48,567 nt of DNA from an uncultured Clostridia bacterium (GTDB lineage: Bacteria; Bacillota; Clostridia; TANB77; CAG-508): contig CAKOVW010000002.1 of the NCBI GenBank assembly GCA_934122125.1, forward strand, positions 1 to 48,567. The letters run 5' to 3'. Position 1 is the first letter of the stretch. Each line of letters starts with the position of its first letter. This document shows, one piece after another, positions 1 to 10,809 of the stretch. A model generated the notes under the pieces. It was given only the letters and a program-made list of their open reading frames with translations. It searched no databases and was not told the DNA's origin. The position numbers and the translations under genes were made by a program.

Positions 1-440
1 TTCTTATCTTTTACATCTTCAATTTTAGCATATGAACTGTCTTTTTTAACAACAACATAATATTCGTCTGTTTCTTTTGCTTCTTGGAATACGTCCCCTA
101 AAAAGCTGATAGTTGCTAACGCGTAATTTGTTACATATATATATATTCCTGAAATAAATAAAATAATTATAAAGCTCACGATTGTTAATTTGTATGTTTT
201 ATGTTTCTTTAATAAGCCTATTACCATAGCCAATGTAAATACAATTTCTGCAATTGTAAATATTGTAATAATCCAACCTGGTAGCAAGTCCATTTTTAAT
301 ACAGAAATATAAAAAATTATTGTAATTACAACATAAGCAAAAGCTATTAACTTTAGAAATATGTTCAAAGTTTTATTTTCCTTTTTACTTCTTTTTTTAG
401 TTGTCGTTTCTTCTGACTTCATTCTTTTTCCCTTAGGCAT
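1..440 (-). CDS. Membrane protein, 5' part only (continues past the left edge); possibly an LCP (LytR-CpsA-Psr) family polysaccharide-anchoring protein
   Basis: Not in the ORF track because it is open at the window edge. ATG at 438-440 (minus) is preceded by GGGAGG. My translation begins MPKGKRMKSEETTTKKRSKKENK, followed by hydrophobic helices and then ETDEYYVVVKKDSSYAKIEDVKDK. It lies at the distal end of the polysaccharide operon. The family call is by recollection of similar N-termini only. Confidence 0.45.
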   Translation of the reverse strand, partial: MPKGKRMKSEETTTKKRSKKENKTLNIFLKLIAFAYVVITIIFYISVLKMDLLPGWIITIFTIAEIVFTLAMVIGLLKKHKTYKLTIVSFIIILFISGIYIYVTNYALATISFLGDVFQEAKETDEYYVVVKKDSSYAKIEDVKDK

Positions 441-459
441 TTGTTTCCTCCCTAAAAAT

Positions 460-1755
460 CTATCTTCCTATAGAATAATATTCTACTCCTACCTTTTTCA
501 TATCATTTAAATCATATATATTTCTTCCGTCATATACTAGCGGAGTTTTCATTAATTCTGCATATGTTTTTGGTTTTATAGACTTTATTTCATTCCATTC
601 TGTAAATATAAAGCATACATTTGCATCTTTTAATGCATCTTCAGCATTGTTTACATATACAATTTGATCAGGATATTTCTTTTTAAAGTTGTCTATTCCA
701 ACTGGATCATATGCATATATTTTTGCACCTTGTTTTAATAATAATTCCACATTATCTAATGATGGTGCTTCTCTTAAATCATCTGTTCCTGGTTTAAATG
801 TTAAACCTAAAACTGCAACTTTAAGTCCATTAAATGTAATAAGTCTATCACTTGCTTTTTTATACAATTTTGTTTTTTGTGCAGTATTTACATCAACTGC
901 TGCTTCAACAGTTTTTAGTGTATAACCATATTGTTTTGCTAAATATTTTAAGGCCTTAGTATCTTTTGGGAAACAGCTTCCACCATAACCAATACCAGCT
1001 CTTAAAAAGTTAGCTCCTATTCTATCATCATATTTCATGCCTTCTGCAACGTCCTCTATGTTTGCACCTACTAATTCACAAAGATTTGCAATATCATTCA
1101 TATATGAAATTTTTAAAGCTAAGAAATCATTTGAAGCATATTTTATCATTTCTGCACTTCTTCTATTAACAGAAACTATAGGTAAACCAAAAGGTTCATA
1201 TATTTCCATCAATTTTGCTTCTGCTTCTTTGCTTTCTGTTCCTATTACAATTCTTTTTGCTTTTAAAGTATCTCTTACAGCTGTACCTTGTGCCAAAAAT
1301 TCTGGATTACTTGCAACCTCTACTTTTATTTTTTTATTTGGTAAAGAATCTTTTATAAATTGTTCTACCTTATCATTTGTTCCAATTGGAACTGTAGATT
1401 TTACAACAACTAAGCAATCATGTTCAACAGATTCTGCAATTTGTCTTGAAACTGTTGCAACATAACTAAGATTTGCTGAACCATCTGGTTGCTCAGGTGT
1501 TCCAACTCCTATAAATATTGCATCAGCATTTTTATATGCACTTTTGTAATCTGTTGTATAATCAATTCTTCCTTCTTTATAATTTTTTCTCATCAATTCT
1601 TCTAAATCTTGCTCGTATATTGGTGATTTTCCGCTTTTCATCATTTCAACTTTGTTTTCATCAACATCAACACAAACTACATTGTGTCCTTTCTCTGCAA
1701 AACATACTCCTGCTACTAATCCTACATATCCTGTTCCAGCTACTGCTATTTTCAT
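460..1755 (-). CDS. ugd: UDP-glucose 6-dehydrogenase
   Basis: 431 aa. N-terminal Rossmann motif MKIAVAGTGYVGLV, catalytic GGSCFPKD motif, and typical UDP-glucose/GDP-mannose dehydrogenase length. Confidence 0.92.
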   Translation of the reverse strand: MKIAVAGTGYVGLVAGVCFAEKGHNVVCVDVDENKVEMMKSGKSPIYEQDLEELMRKNYKEGRIDYTTDYKSAYKNADAIFIGVGTPEQPDGSANLSYVATVSRQIAESVEHDCLVVVKSTVPIGTNDKVEQFIKDSLPNKKIKVEVASNPEFLAQGTAVRDTLKAKRIVIGTESKEAEAKLMEIYEPFGLPIVSVNRRSAEMIKYASNDFLALKISYMNDIANLCELVGANIEDVAEGMKYDDRIGANFLRAGIGYGGSCFPKDTKALKYLAKQYGYTLKTVEAAVDVNTAQKTKLYKKASDRLITFNGLKVAVLGLTFKPGTDDLREAPSLDNVELLLKQGAKIYAYDPVGIDNFKKKYPDQIVYVNNAEDALKDANVCFIFTEWNEIKSIKPKTYAELMKTPLVYDGRNIYDLNDMKKVGVEYYSIGR

Positions 1756-1781
1756 AATTTACCTCCTAAAATTAATTTATT

Positions 1782-2756
1782 TTATAAATATAAATCTTTA
1801 TTTATTTTATACCATTTTACAAAATTTTCAATACCTTTTTTGAAAGAAGTGCTTGGATTATAGCCTATTAGTTCTTTTGCTTTTGATACATCTGCAAAAG
1901 TTCTTTCAACATCTCCTGGTTGCATAGGTAATTGATTAATTTTTGGTTCTTTTCCTAATGCTTCCCCAATTGTTTGTATCATTTCTTTTAATGTTACTGG
2001 TGAAGAATTTCCCAAATTTAAAATTTCATAAACATTTGAATTAATTTCAACATAGTTTATTGATTTTGTTATTCCATCAACAATATCATCAATATATGTA
2101 TAATCTCTTGAAGTTGAACCATCTCCAAACATTGGTATTTCTTTATCTTCTAACATTAGTCTTGTAAATTTATTTATTGCTAAGTCAGGTCTTTGCTTTG
2201 GACCATATACTGTAAAAAATCTAAGCATTATAACATTAAAACCAAATAATTTATGATATACATGTGTCATAACTTCATTTGCTTTTTTGGTTGCTGCATA
2301 TGGGCTAATTGCAAAATCTACTATCATATCTTCTTTAAATGGTACTGTTTTGCAGTTACCATATACACTACTAGATGATGCCATTACTAAATTAGTAATG
2401 TTATGTATTTTCATTTCTTCTAATATGTTTTGAGTTCCAACGCAGTTTACTTCCTGATACAACACTGGATTTTCAATTGATGGTCTAACACCTGCCATTG
2501 CAGCTAAATGAATAACCACATCAATTTTGTTTTCATCAAATACTTTTCTTATTTCTTGTCCATTTCTAATGTCTATTCTGTATAATTTAAAGTTATTATT
2601 TTTTTCTAATTCTTTTACATTATTTTCTTTTATACTTGGATTGTAAAAATCACAAAAGTTGTCTATTCCTATAACTTTGTTTCCTTCTTTTAATAATCTT
2701 TCTGCTAAGCTAGATCCAATAAATCCAGCAGCACCTGTAATTAAATAATTTTTCAT
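1782..2756 (-). CDS. NAD-dependent epimerase/dehydratase (SDR), probably UDP-glucuronate 4-epimerase
   Basis: GAAGFIGS Rossmann motif and YAATK (YxxxK) catalytic motif. It lies immediately downstream of ugd's partner genes. I prefer the start at MKNYLITG (2756), which abuts the upstream stop codon, over the track start at 2768. Confidence 0.8.
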   Translation of the reverse strand: MKNYLITGAAGFIGSSLAERLLKEGNKVIGIDNFCDFYNPSIKENNVKELEKNNNFKLYRIDIRNGQEIRKVFDENKIDVVIHLAAMAGVRPSIENPVLYQEVNCVGTQNILEEMKIHNITNLVMASSSSVYGNCKTVPFKEDMIVDFAISPYAATKKANEVMTHVYHKLFGFNVIMLRFFTVYGPKQRPDLAINKFTRLMLEDKEIPMFGDGSTSRDYTYIDDIVDGITKSINYVEINSNVYEILNLGNSSPVTLKEMIQTIGEALGKEPKINQLPMQPGDVERTFADVSKAKELIGYNPSTSFKKGIENFVKWYKINKDLYL

Positions 2757-3829
2757 ATAACCTCCCATTTTTTATATAATTTTGTATGTTTTATTTTTTC
2801 AACTAGCTTATCATATACTTTATATACTAAAGGCAATACCGTCTTTTCTACAATAAACTTTCGTAGTAGCTCAATAATTGTACATACTACATATATAATA
2901 AGTATACTGCCAAGTGCATGTAAAATTAATGTTGGTTTATTATAAAATGAATCGCTTTTTAATATTTTCGTCCATAAAAGTGATCTTACAAATTTATTTT
3001 CATGTATTAAATACACCCCCAACGTTGCACTTGCCATAGTATTTATAACTGTACTTTGTATGTTAACATCTTTAAAATATAGTACCAGCATTACTGCACA
3101 TGTTATAATTGGTAATGAATATAATGTGATAAAATAATTTATATGATTTGTAAATTTCACTTCAAAAATTAACTGTGTAGCAAATATAAGTAAATAGCTT
3201 GCTATAGCTACTACTAAACCATATTTAAATCTTTTTTCTTTACAGTATGTACTTATATATGCTCCTAATATATACAAAAATACAAATACAAATAAATCAT
3301 TAATTCCTCTATTTACTTGAAATATTGTGGTAATTACTCCACATGATAGTACTCCCATAATTATTAATAGTCTTTTCAATTCTTTTTTATTTAAATTATT
3401 AAAAAGTTTATTAATATATGGACTTATTAAATATAAAACACAGTATGCAGTCATAAACCAGTAAACAGAAAATGTAGTAGGAAAACACATTTTTATAACT
3501 TCTTTAATACCAGTCCAACCATTTATAGCTATATTTATTGTTTCAAATATTACTGTATAAAATACAACTTGCAATATTAATCTTATTAGCTTTTTTAGGC
3601 TAAATTTTGATTTTACTCCAAAGTAACCGAAAATCAAAATAAATATTGCTACTCCTATTTTTCCACCAATAACTAGAAAATCTAATATAGCATTATTTAA
3701 ATTTAATCCCGTTATTTTATTCCATCCTCCGTATAAGCAATAATGATGAGCTATAATCATTATCATTGCTAATATTCTTAATAGTTCAATATTTGATTTT
3801 CTGTTAAGTTTTTCCACTATTTTTTTCAT
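2753..3829 (-). CDS. Acyltransferase family 3 (membrane O-acyl/acetyltransferase)
   Basis: Multi-pass hydrophobic protein with the N-terminal NIELLRILAMIMIIAHH motif typical of acyltransferase_3. The internal start MKKIVEK (3829) abuts the stop of the upstream gene. Confidence 0.75.
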   Translation of the reverse strand: MKKIVEKLNRKSNIELLRILAMIMIIAHHYCLYGGWNKITGLNLNNAILDFLVIGGKIGVAIFILIFGYFGVKSKFSLKKLIRLILQVVFYTVIFETINIAINGWTGIKEVIKMCFPTTFSVYWFMTAYCVLYLISPYINKLFNNLNKKELKRLLIIMGVLSCGVITTIFQVNRGINDLFVFVFLYILGAYISTYCKEKRFKYGLVVAIASYLLIFATQLIFEVKFTNHINYFITLYSLPIITCAVMLVLYFKDVNIQSTVINTMASATLGVYLIHENKFVRSLLWTKILKSDSFYNKPTLILHALGSILIIYVVCTIIELLRKFIVEKTVLPLVYKVYDKLVEKIKHTKLYKKWEVI

Positions 3830-5184
3830 TGTAGATAATCCTTCCATCCATCTGTAGCTTTAAAATGCTTATTATATTTTTTCATATCTTTTACAATACC
3901 ATTTTCATCGTAAACATCAAATTTATTACTGTTAGCTATTTTTAGTTCTTCTAGTTTGTATCCATTTTCTATGTACTTTATTTTTTGGGGGTCAAATCCC
4001 ATAATCTGTGCAATAGTATAATCATTATTTAATTGATTAAATCCCGCTACAATTAACCCAACTTTTTTATCACTTGGAAGTAGTGGTCCTTCTTTTTCTC
4101 CGGAGATTATCATATCACAAATATTAAATATTCTTCTTTGAGGCATATTGTTCAGTTTTCCTTGTTTATCTGTATAAATGATTAATTTATTCAGATCTAA
4201 AATTGTTCTCCATATAGTGTCATTTCCATACCATGACCCCTCCGTAAATTTCATTTTTCCTATTTTATTCAAAATAAAGAAAATACATTTTCTAAAGAAC
4301 TCAATTACTCGATTGTTTCTATATGAATATTTAGAGAGCCATGAAAATATATCCTTTAAAAAATTATTTTCTGGAAATTCATCTCCATTTTTATTTGGTC
4401 CACCTGTTCTATGATGAGGCAAACATTCCTTATTTCCATTTATTCCAACAAAATTCTTCATACATGCGGTCATGCCTGCTTTTCTATGTGTTTTAGGTTT
4501 AGGCATATTTATTATTACATCTGAATTTAAAACCTCTTTTGGAATTATGTATTCATGTGTGCTTCCATTATGATGTATATTCATTAATTTCAAGTCATAA
4601 TTTGTAATTGAATATTCCTTATTAAGATTATCTAATTCGCTGAAAGAGCTTTTGTTATCTAACTTTACAGTAATACATTCTATATCTTCATTTTCATTTT
4701 TTCTAAAATCCATTAGTCTTATCTTAGGATAAATTGATTTGTATAAATTAATATTATTTTCCAAATTATTTATCAACTTTAGTTTGTTGAAATCACATCC
4801 TTGTACTGGGGCATCCCCAACTATAATAGTTCCAGTACCATTTAAAGCTAATATTGTATAATCTATTACTGGTCGTATTAATGAGAAATTTGTTATCATG
4901 CAATCTATTGTACCTTTTGGATTTACATGATTAACTAAATTTGGTTTAATTAATACATTGTCGCCTTCCTTTATAAAACTTTTAAATGGATTCCAATTTG
5001 CCGTATTAATGTTTTGACTATCTAATTGCATTTCTTTTAATAATTCTCTAAAATCATCATATACTGTTTTATCACTACTAATGTTAAGATTTATGTTTTT
5101 TAATTCTTGATACTCTAAACTTGGGTTAAAATTTTCATTACTGTATGAATCTGTAGTGTTTTTTATATAAACATCATTTACCAT
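3826..5184 (-). CDS. DUF362-like protein of unknown function inside the polysaccharide operon
   Basis: 452 aa soluble protein. The VLIKPNLVN motif resembles the N-terminal signature of DUF362. The assignment is from memory of the family and was not searched. Confidence 0.5.
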   Translation of the reverse strand: MVNDVYIKNTTDSYSNENFNPSLEYQELKNINLNISSDKTVYDDFRELLKEMQLDSQNINTANWNPFKSFIKEGDNVLIKPNLVNHVNPKGTIDCMITNFSLIRPVIDYTILALNGTGTIIVGDAPVQGCDFNKLKLINNLENNINLYKSIYPKIRLMDFRKNENEDIECITVKLDNKSSFSELDNLNKEYSITNYDLKLMNIHHNGSTHEYIIPKEVLNSDVIINMPKPKTHRKAGMTACMKNFVGINGNKECLPHHRTGGPNKNGDEFPENNFLKDIFSWLSKYSYRNNRVIEFFRKCIFFILNKIGKMKFTEGSWYGNDTIWRTILDLNKLIIYTDKQGKLNNMPQRRIFNICDMIISGEKEGPLLPSDKKVGLIVAGFNQLNNDYTIAQIMGFDPQKIKYIENGYKLEELKIANSNKFDVYDENGIVKDMKKYNKHFKATDGWKDYLQ

Positions 5185-6694
5185 TTTTATTACTTTTCCT
5201 TTTCAATAAGGTTTTAATCTGTTTTATTTCACTTCTGTATATAAAAATATTGCCACAACTTATCACAATAATTGCAATTATAGAAATAAATACTCCATTT
5301 TTTACAAAACTTAAATATGTACTTTCATACTCAAAAGGTAATACTCTTGAAAGCAGAAATATTAAAAATATTTCTAACAACATTAAAGAAATTTTTTTAA
5401 CTACCTCTATACTACTTCTATTTAATATATTTTTTGAAGAATATATTACAAATTCTACAGTTCTAAAAATCATTGCAATCAAAGTTCCTATTGCTACTCC
5501 AACAATTCCAAGTTTTTTAACTAATATACAAGATATTACTATATTTAATATAGCTTCTATCCATGCTCCATTTTGTGTTTGTTTAAAATGTCCTGCTGAT
5601 AATGCTATATTGTTATATGGAACTCTTATTGCCATTATAAGTTCTGCAAGTATCATAATATATGCAAATGTTGGTCTAATATAATTAACATCTGTTATTC
5701 CATTAGTATACACCTTTACAAAAGGTATTTCTAGAGCCATAGTACAAGCAAATAAAAATGTTACAATAGAGAAGTAGAAAAATTCGTATAATTTTAGGTT
5801 TTCATTAAGTTTTTTATTATCCCCTTTTGCCAGTAAGTTGCCAAACCAAGCATCAATTCCTCCTGAAAGTGATATTGCCAGATCCTTAATACTATTTATT
5901 ACAAGCATATATACTGAGTACACAGATATTTCCATAGGATTTGAAAAAAAAGTAAGTATTGCCACATCAACAGAGTTGTGTATAATTGCTGCTATATGCT
6001 GTGAAAATCCAGCCCATTTATTTTCTAATGCATATTTAGCGTCCTTATATTTAACATTTTTTAGGTTAATATTAAATTTCCTTTTTACATATAAGTTTAA
6101 TATCAATGGCGACATCACAAATATAATTGAACTAACTAGTTTTACAACTTGAATACTATAATCGTTTAATGTTAAAATAATTATAGCAACTGTATTTAAT
6201 ATTTTCAATACTACTTTAACAATGGAAACAACATAATTTTTCTGTTCAGCCTGAAGGTATATATTATATGTCATTCCAAAAAAATACTCAAACAATGTAC
6301 TAATTGCTATAATCAGCACTAATGAAATTGTATATCCAAAACTATATTCACTGCTGTATATATTTGGAAATATAATGCATAAGATTAGTAGATAAACTAT
6401 AAAAATAATAGCGATTATTCTAAAGAAATGTTCCGTAGCTTTTAATATTTTTTCTATACTTTCCTTATCACAATTAACTATTTTTTTATATAAGGCTGCT
6501 TTTACAACAGGAGCAATCCCAGCCTCCAACAGTGTAATATATCCTAAAAATTGTGTAATTGATGTAATCATTCCATTTACATTAGAACCATAAGTCGATA
6601 TTATTAGTCTAGGAGCTATAAAACCACAAATTATTGTAACTATTTGCTGCAATATAGAAGCTAGTATGTTCTTAATTACATCATTATTTTTCAT
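5174..6694 (-). CDS. wzx: Oligosaccharide flippase (Wzx, MOP superfamily)
   Basis: 506 aa, roughly 12-14 predicted hydrophobic helices, located in a Wzy-dependent locus. Confidence 0.8.
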   Translation of the reverse strand: MKNNDVIKNILASILQQIVTIICGFIAPRLIISTYGSNVNGMITSITQFLGYITLLEAGIAPVVKAALYKKIVNCDKESIEKILKATEHFFRIIAIIFIVYLLILCIIFPNIYSSEYSFGYTISLVLIIAISTLFEYFFGMTYNIYLQAEQKNYVVSIVKVVLKILNTVAIIILTLNDYSIQVVKLVSSIIFVMSPLILNLYVKRKFNINLKNVKYKDAKYALENKWAGFSQHIAAIIHNSVDVAILTFFSNPMEISVYSVYMLVINSIKDLAISLSGGIDAWFGNLLAKGDNKKLNENLKLYEFFYFSIVTFLFACTMALEIPFVKVYTNGITDVNYIRPTFAYIMILAELIMAIRVPYNNIALSAGHFKQTQNGAWIEAILNIVISCILVKKLGIVGVAIGTLIAMIFRTVEFVIYSSKNILNRSSIEVVKKISLMLLEIFLIFLLSRVLPFEYESTYLSFVKNGVFISIIAIIVISCGNIFIYRSEIKQIKTLLKRKSNKNGK

Positions 6695-7586
6695 TGTTAT
6701 TCCTTTCAGGTAATTTTATCCAACTTCCTATTGTGTAATCCCACTTTTCTGGTGTAAATTCCTCTGTACCACTGCCTGGGAAAAATGTTATTTCTCCAAA
6801 ATATATTTTGCCATTTACTTCATAAAAGTCTACTCTTACAAAATTTAAATCTTTAGCTAGTTTTTCAGATAATTCTATCATTTTTTCATAATTTATTGGC
6901 TTTTTAATTTTTTCCTTAGAGCATGGATAATGTCTTTCAAAAGGCATTTGATTCCAGTCTAAATCAAAGAATGTAACTTTCAATCCTTCTTTACTTCTTC
7001 TATCTGTACAAACAAATGAACACTTTACTTTTCCATTAAAGCACATGAATTTGTAATCCTCCAAATCATCATTTTTATGGTCATCAATATATTCCTCAAT
7101 AATTATTCTAGGCTTTATATTTTTATATGGCCATTCACGTCCAGAATAGAAAAAGTTCCTTTTCAAGCATCTATTTATTTTTTTTCTTGCTTCCTCCATA
7201 TTCATAGTTGCTTTATCTTTACATATTACCACTCCTCCAGAATCATGTGTACATTTAATTACAAACTGATTTGGAAGCACCGAAAAGTCAATTTCTTCGA
7301 ATTTAGAATATACTCCTAAAGTAGGAATTATATATTGCTCTCCTATTATATTAGCGACATATTTTTTTGCTTCATATTTGTCTACCATAGATGTATATAT
7401 TGGTTTTCTGTCATATAACTTAAGCCATTGTAATTTTTCATTAAATGTTTGTGGATTATTTAAGTTTACTTTTTTATTCATAATACATCTATACATTAAT
7501 TTAATATACATTTTATCTGGCATCCAGTCAAAAAAATGTCTTCTTGATAATGCTCTAAATATTCTTTCTATCATTATTTCCTCCAA
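6684..7586 (-). CDS. TupA-like ATP-grasp protein (amidoligase-type)
   Basis: 300 aa. The FNEKLQWLKLYDRKPIYTSMVDKYEAKKYV segment and the C-terminal VRVDFYEVNGKIYFGEITFFPGSG are characteristic of the TupA-like ATP-grasp family. Confidence 0.75.
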   Translation of the reverse strand: MEEIMIERIFRALSRRHFFDWMPDKMYIKLMYRCIMNKKVNLNNPQTFNEKLQWLKLYDRKPIYTSMVDKYEAKKYVANIIGEQYIIPTLGVYSKFEEIDFSVLPNQFVIKCTHDSGGVVICKDKATMNMEEARKKINRCLKRNFFYSGREWPYKNIKPRIIIEEYIDDHKNDDLEDYKFMCFNGKVKCSFVCTDRRSKEGLKVTFFDLDWNQMPFERHYPCSKEKIKKPINYEKMIELSEKLAKDLNFVRVDFYEVNGKIYFGEITFFPGSGTEEFTPEKWDYTIGSWIKLPERNNNEK

Positions 7587-8658
7587 TAATTTTTATAAAA
7601 TATTTTAAATACTCACCATAAATTTTATCAACAGAGTGAGTTTCATTTATCTTTTTACAGTTTTCAGATATGCGTTCTCTTAATTGCTCATCAGATAATA
7701 AAATTCGTACCTTTTGTGTTATACTATTTATATCATCAACAGGCACTAAGTATCCGTCAATTCCATCTCTTATAAGTTCTGCTGGTCCCATATCACAATT
7801 TGTAGAAACACAAGGTATTCCAAGTGCCATTGCTTCCATTAGTGCATTTGGCATTCCTTCATATCTAGATGTAAGTAAAAACACTTTAGACTTTGCCACT
7901 TCAAAAATAGCATTTTCTAGGCTACCCGGTAAAAGAATATTATTTTGCATATTTAAGTCTTCAATCAGTTTTTCCAATTCTTTTCGTTGAGAACCCTCTC
8001 CATATATTATTAATTTATACTCTGGTCTTTCTTTGAATATTGGAGCACATGCCTTTATCATAATATCATGTGCCTTTTGGTATTCAAGTCTGCCCATTGT
8101 GGTTATAGTATTTTCTGTCATTACTTTTGAACTTTCAACTTTTGTTAATAAAGGATTGCTTATTGCATTATGTATGACACATCCCATTCTTTGTACTTTT
8201 TTTGAAAAACACTCTTTAGCTCTTTCAGTTTGAAAAATAAAACCATCTGAGCATCTACTTGAAATATTATTTAATAGTCTTTTTATTCCTTTAATTCGAT
8301 TTGGATTTCCTCTTTCTGATGAGATAAGTTTAATTCTATTTTTTCCAAATATTTTATAAACTAAAGCATACAGATTTATATTCCAAAACATTGTGAATAC
8401 CAAATCTGGTTTTATTTCATCTAAAATATTAAACATAAATTTAATTCTTTGTCTAATTCCCTTTATTCTATTCAAGTTCATATTGCCTTTATTTTTTATA
8501 AAGTTTATCTTACTATCTAAGGTATAACTCGATTCTTCATTTGCAAAACTAATCAAATAAGTATCTACATTATGGTTTGAAAGATAAGAAGCTAATGTTG
8601 TAGCTACTCTTTCTGCCCCTCCTATGTGCAATGTTCCCATTAAAATTGCAATTTTCAT
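7555..8658 (-). CDS. Glycosyltransferase family 4 (GT-B fold)
   Basis: 367 aa. Begins MKIAILMGTLHIGGAERV and carries the C-terminal SRYEGMPNALMEAMALGIPCVSTNC (E-x7-E region). Confidence 0.85.
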   Translation of the reverse strand: MKIAILMGTLHIGGAERVATTLASYLSNHNVDTYLISFANEESSYTLDSKINFIKNKGNMNLNRIKGIRQRIKFMFNILDEIKPDLVFTMFWNINLYALVYKIFGKNRIKLISSERGNPNRIKGIKRLLNNISSRCSDGFIFQTERAKECFSKKVQRMGCVIHNAISNPLLTKVESSKVMTENTITTMGRLEYQKAHDIMIKACAPIFKERPEYKLIIYGEGSQRKELEKLIEDLNMQNNILLPGSLENAIFEVAKSKVFLLTSRYEGMPNALMEAMALGIPCVSTNCDMGPAELIRDGIDGYLVPVDDINSITQKVRILLSDEQLRERISENCKKINETHSVDKIYGEYLKYFIKIIGGNNDRKNI

Positions 8659-8667
8659 TTTTTTCTC

Positions 8668-9720
8668 CTAAAATATAGTTTTGTATTGGCAGTATTCAAT
8701 TAAATTAGTCGTTGTATAACAAAAATATAGTATCAAAACTACATACATTGTAATTTCTACTGCCATCTTTATTTTTTTGTTTTCAAAAGTTTCTATTATA
8801 TTTGGTATAAGTACTATCATTGCTATTGAATAATACATTACTGCTCTATGAGCCAGGCTAAATACTGGTGCAATACTTTGAATTAGTCCTGCCATAAAAA
8901 TAGAATTAATGCATATTTGATTATTTTTGTCTTGCTCTAATAATTTGTCCTGTCGGTAATAAGCAAAAATTGCTAGTCCTACTAACAATATTAGCATTTT
9001 TATTCCTTGTCCAGATGCAGCTTCTAAAGTAGATGGTTTATAGATGTATTCAAATATCAAGTTTAATAAATACTTTCCACTTACAGCTATTATTGCTATT
9101 GCACTCAAGTATATTATTAAGTATTTTTTACTAATTTTTATATTGGCTATAAAATACATTGGTAAAAATATAAGTGCAGTTTTATGGAATAGTGCAGCCA
9201 GTATAACTAGAATTAAGAACTTATATACCTTTCTCTCTTTTATATATTTTATAGAAAATAGTAATATTGACATAGCAATAGACTGCCTTAATATACCAAA
9301 TAAAAATCCGTAATAGTTAAATGTTACAAAAATTAATATAGAACTTATATAATTTTTTGAGTTATCTTTTATATAATAGTATATACCAGCTATTGATACT
9401 ACTGATGTTACAGCCAAGTAGAATGAATAATTATTAAATATCATCGAGATTATTTTATTATAATATTTAAAAACTAGTTCATGTCTTTGAAAAGTTAATA
9501 ATTCTATAAAACTTTTTTCGTGAGCATATTCAAATATGTCCTCATAGTTTTTATAGTCCACTCCTACTTCAGGTGCCCTAATAACTAAAAATATAGTTAA
9601 AATTACAAAAATAATATTTATATATTTTTTACTTTGTTTCAAATTATCAAAATACTTTAATTTATTAAATACTATTGTCAATATTGTCAATAGCACTAGT
9701 AAAATCATGTAATAATTCAT
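8668..9720 (-). CDS. wzy: EpsG-family membrane protein (Wzy-type repeat-unit polymerase)
   Basis: 350 aa polytopic membrane protein. The early APEVGVDYKNYEDIF motif is typical of EpsG/Wzy-like polymerases. Confidence 0.7.
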   Translation of the reverse strand: MNYYMILLVLLTILTIVFNKLKYFDNLKQSKKYINIIFVILTIFLVIRAPEVGVDYKNYEDIFEYAHEKSFIELLTFQRHELVFKYYNKIISMIFNNYSFYLAVTSVVSIAGIYYYIKDNSKNYISSILIFVTFNYYGFLFGILRQSIAMSILLFSIKYIKERKVYKFLILVILAALFHKTALIFLPMYFIANIKISKKYLIIYLSAIAIIAVSGKYLLNLIFEYIYKPSTLEAASGQGIKMLILLVGLAIFAYYRQDKLLEQDKNNQICINSIFMAGLIQSIAPVFSLAHRAVMYYSIAMIVLIPNIIETFENKKIKMAVEITMYVVLILYFCYTTTNLIEYCQYKTIF

Positions 9721-10799
9721 TTATTTAAGCCCACCCTTTGTATATAAGTTATCCATTTGTTTATTATAATGTTACTATTTAGCTCTTTCGATATTTCATT
9801 AGCATTGTTTCCAATTTTTTTACTTAATTCTTTATCATTCAATACTTCATTTATCTTTTCAACTAATTCTTCTTCATTTTTTACGCTAGTTAATAGACCA
9901 TTGTGTCCATTTTTAATTAGAAATTTTGGTCCACCACATGGACAATCTGTTGATATACATGGTAATCCAAGAGCCATCGCCTCCATCAATGCATTAGGCA
10001 TTCCTTCATAGTCTGAGCTTAATACAAATAGTGATGATTTATATATTTTTTCTTTTATATTGTCTGTTTCGCCTGGAAGAAAAACTCTACTTTCAAGATG
10101 TAGTTCTTGTATTTGTTCCTCGAGTTGCTTTCTTAATTCTCCTTCGCCATATATAACTAATTTATAATCTTCAAATTTTTTGTCTAATTTTGAAAAAGCG
10201 CTTATTAGCATTTTTTGATTTTTTTGTTCTGTTAGTCGTCCAACTGAAACAATAATCTTTTCTCTTTCACCATCATATGGTTCTTGAATAAATTCATCAT
10301 TTATTGGATTTGGTATAATTACTGACTTGTCCTTAATTTTTTTGCAAAAATAATCTCTTGCCTCTTCTGTTTGAAATATAAATCCATCTGCTTTTGGATA
10401 TAAAATTTTCATTATAATATTATTAATTTTTGATTTATACTCAACTTTTGGATCATTCCTTACAGATATAATTACTTTTTTTCTTCTAATCATGTTTACA
10501 AGCATTAATCTATAAGTAGGTTCTGGCAATAATGAAACAATAATATCTGGATTTTCCTGTTTTACAATATTATTTAATCTATGTATTCTCATAAAATTCT
10601 TCTTTAAAAAATTACGTTTTTTTTCATCACAATCCAATGTATAATACTTAATTTTTGGATCTATTTCATACATTGATTTTCCATATTTTGTTACACATAT
10701 AACTATTTCATTATTTTTTATCATATCATTGCTTAAATTAGCTATTACTCTTTCAGCCCCGCCTTTTGTCATGCTTCCCAAATTAAACATTACTTTCAT
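9717..10799 (-). CDS. Glycosyltransferase family 4
   Basis: 360 aa. GSMTKGGAERV at the N-terminus and SDYEGMPNALMEAMALGLPCISTDC at the C-terminus. Its start overlaps the upstream stop (4-nt ATGA overlap with 8668-9720). Confidence 0.85.
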   Translation of the reverse strand: MKVMFNLGSMTKGGAERVIANLSNDMIKNNEIVICVTKYGKSMYEIDPKIKYYTLDCDEKKRNFLKKNFMRIHRLNNIVKQENPDIIVSLLPEPTYRLMLVNMIRRKKVIISVRNDPKVEYKSKINNIIMKILYPKADGFIFQTEEARDYFCKKIKDKSVIIPNPINDEFIQEPYDGEREKIIVSVGRLTEQKNQKMLISAFSKLDKKFEDYKLVIYGEGELRKQLEEQIQELHLESRVFLPGETDNIKEKIYKSSLFVLSSDYEGMPNALMEAMALGLPCISTDCPCGGPKFLIKNGHNGLLTSVKNEEELVEKINEVLNDKELSKKIGNNANEISKELNSNIIINKWITYIQRVGLNK

Positions 10800-10809
10800 T
10801 TTTTATTCA

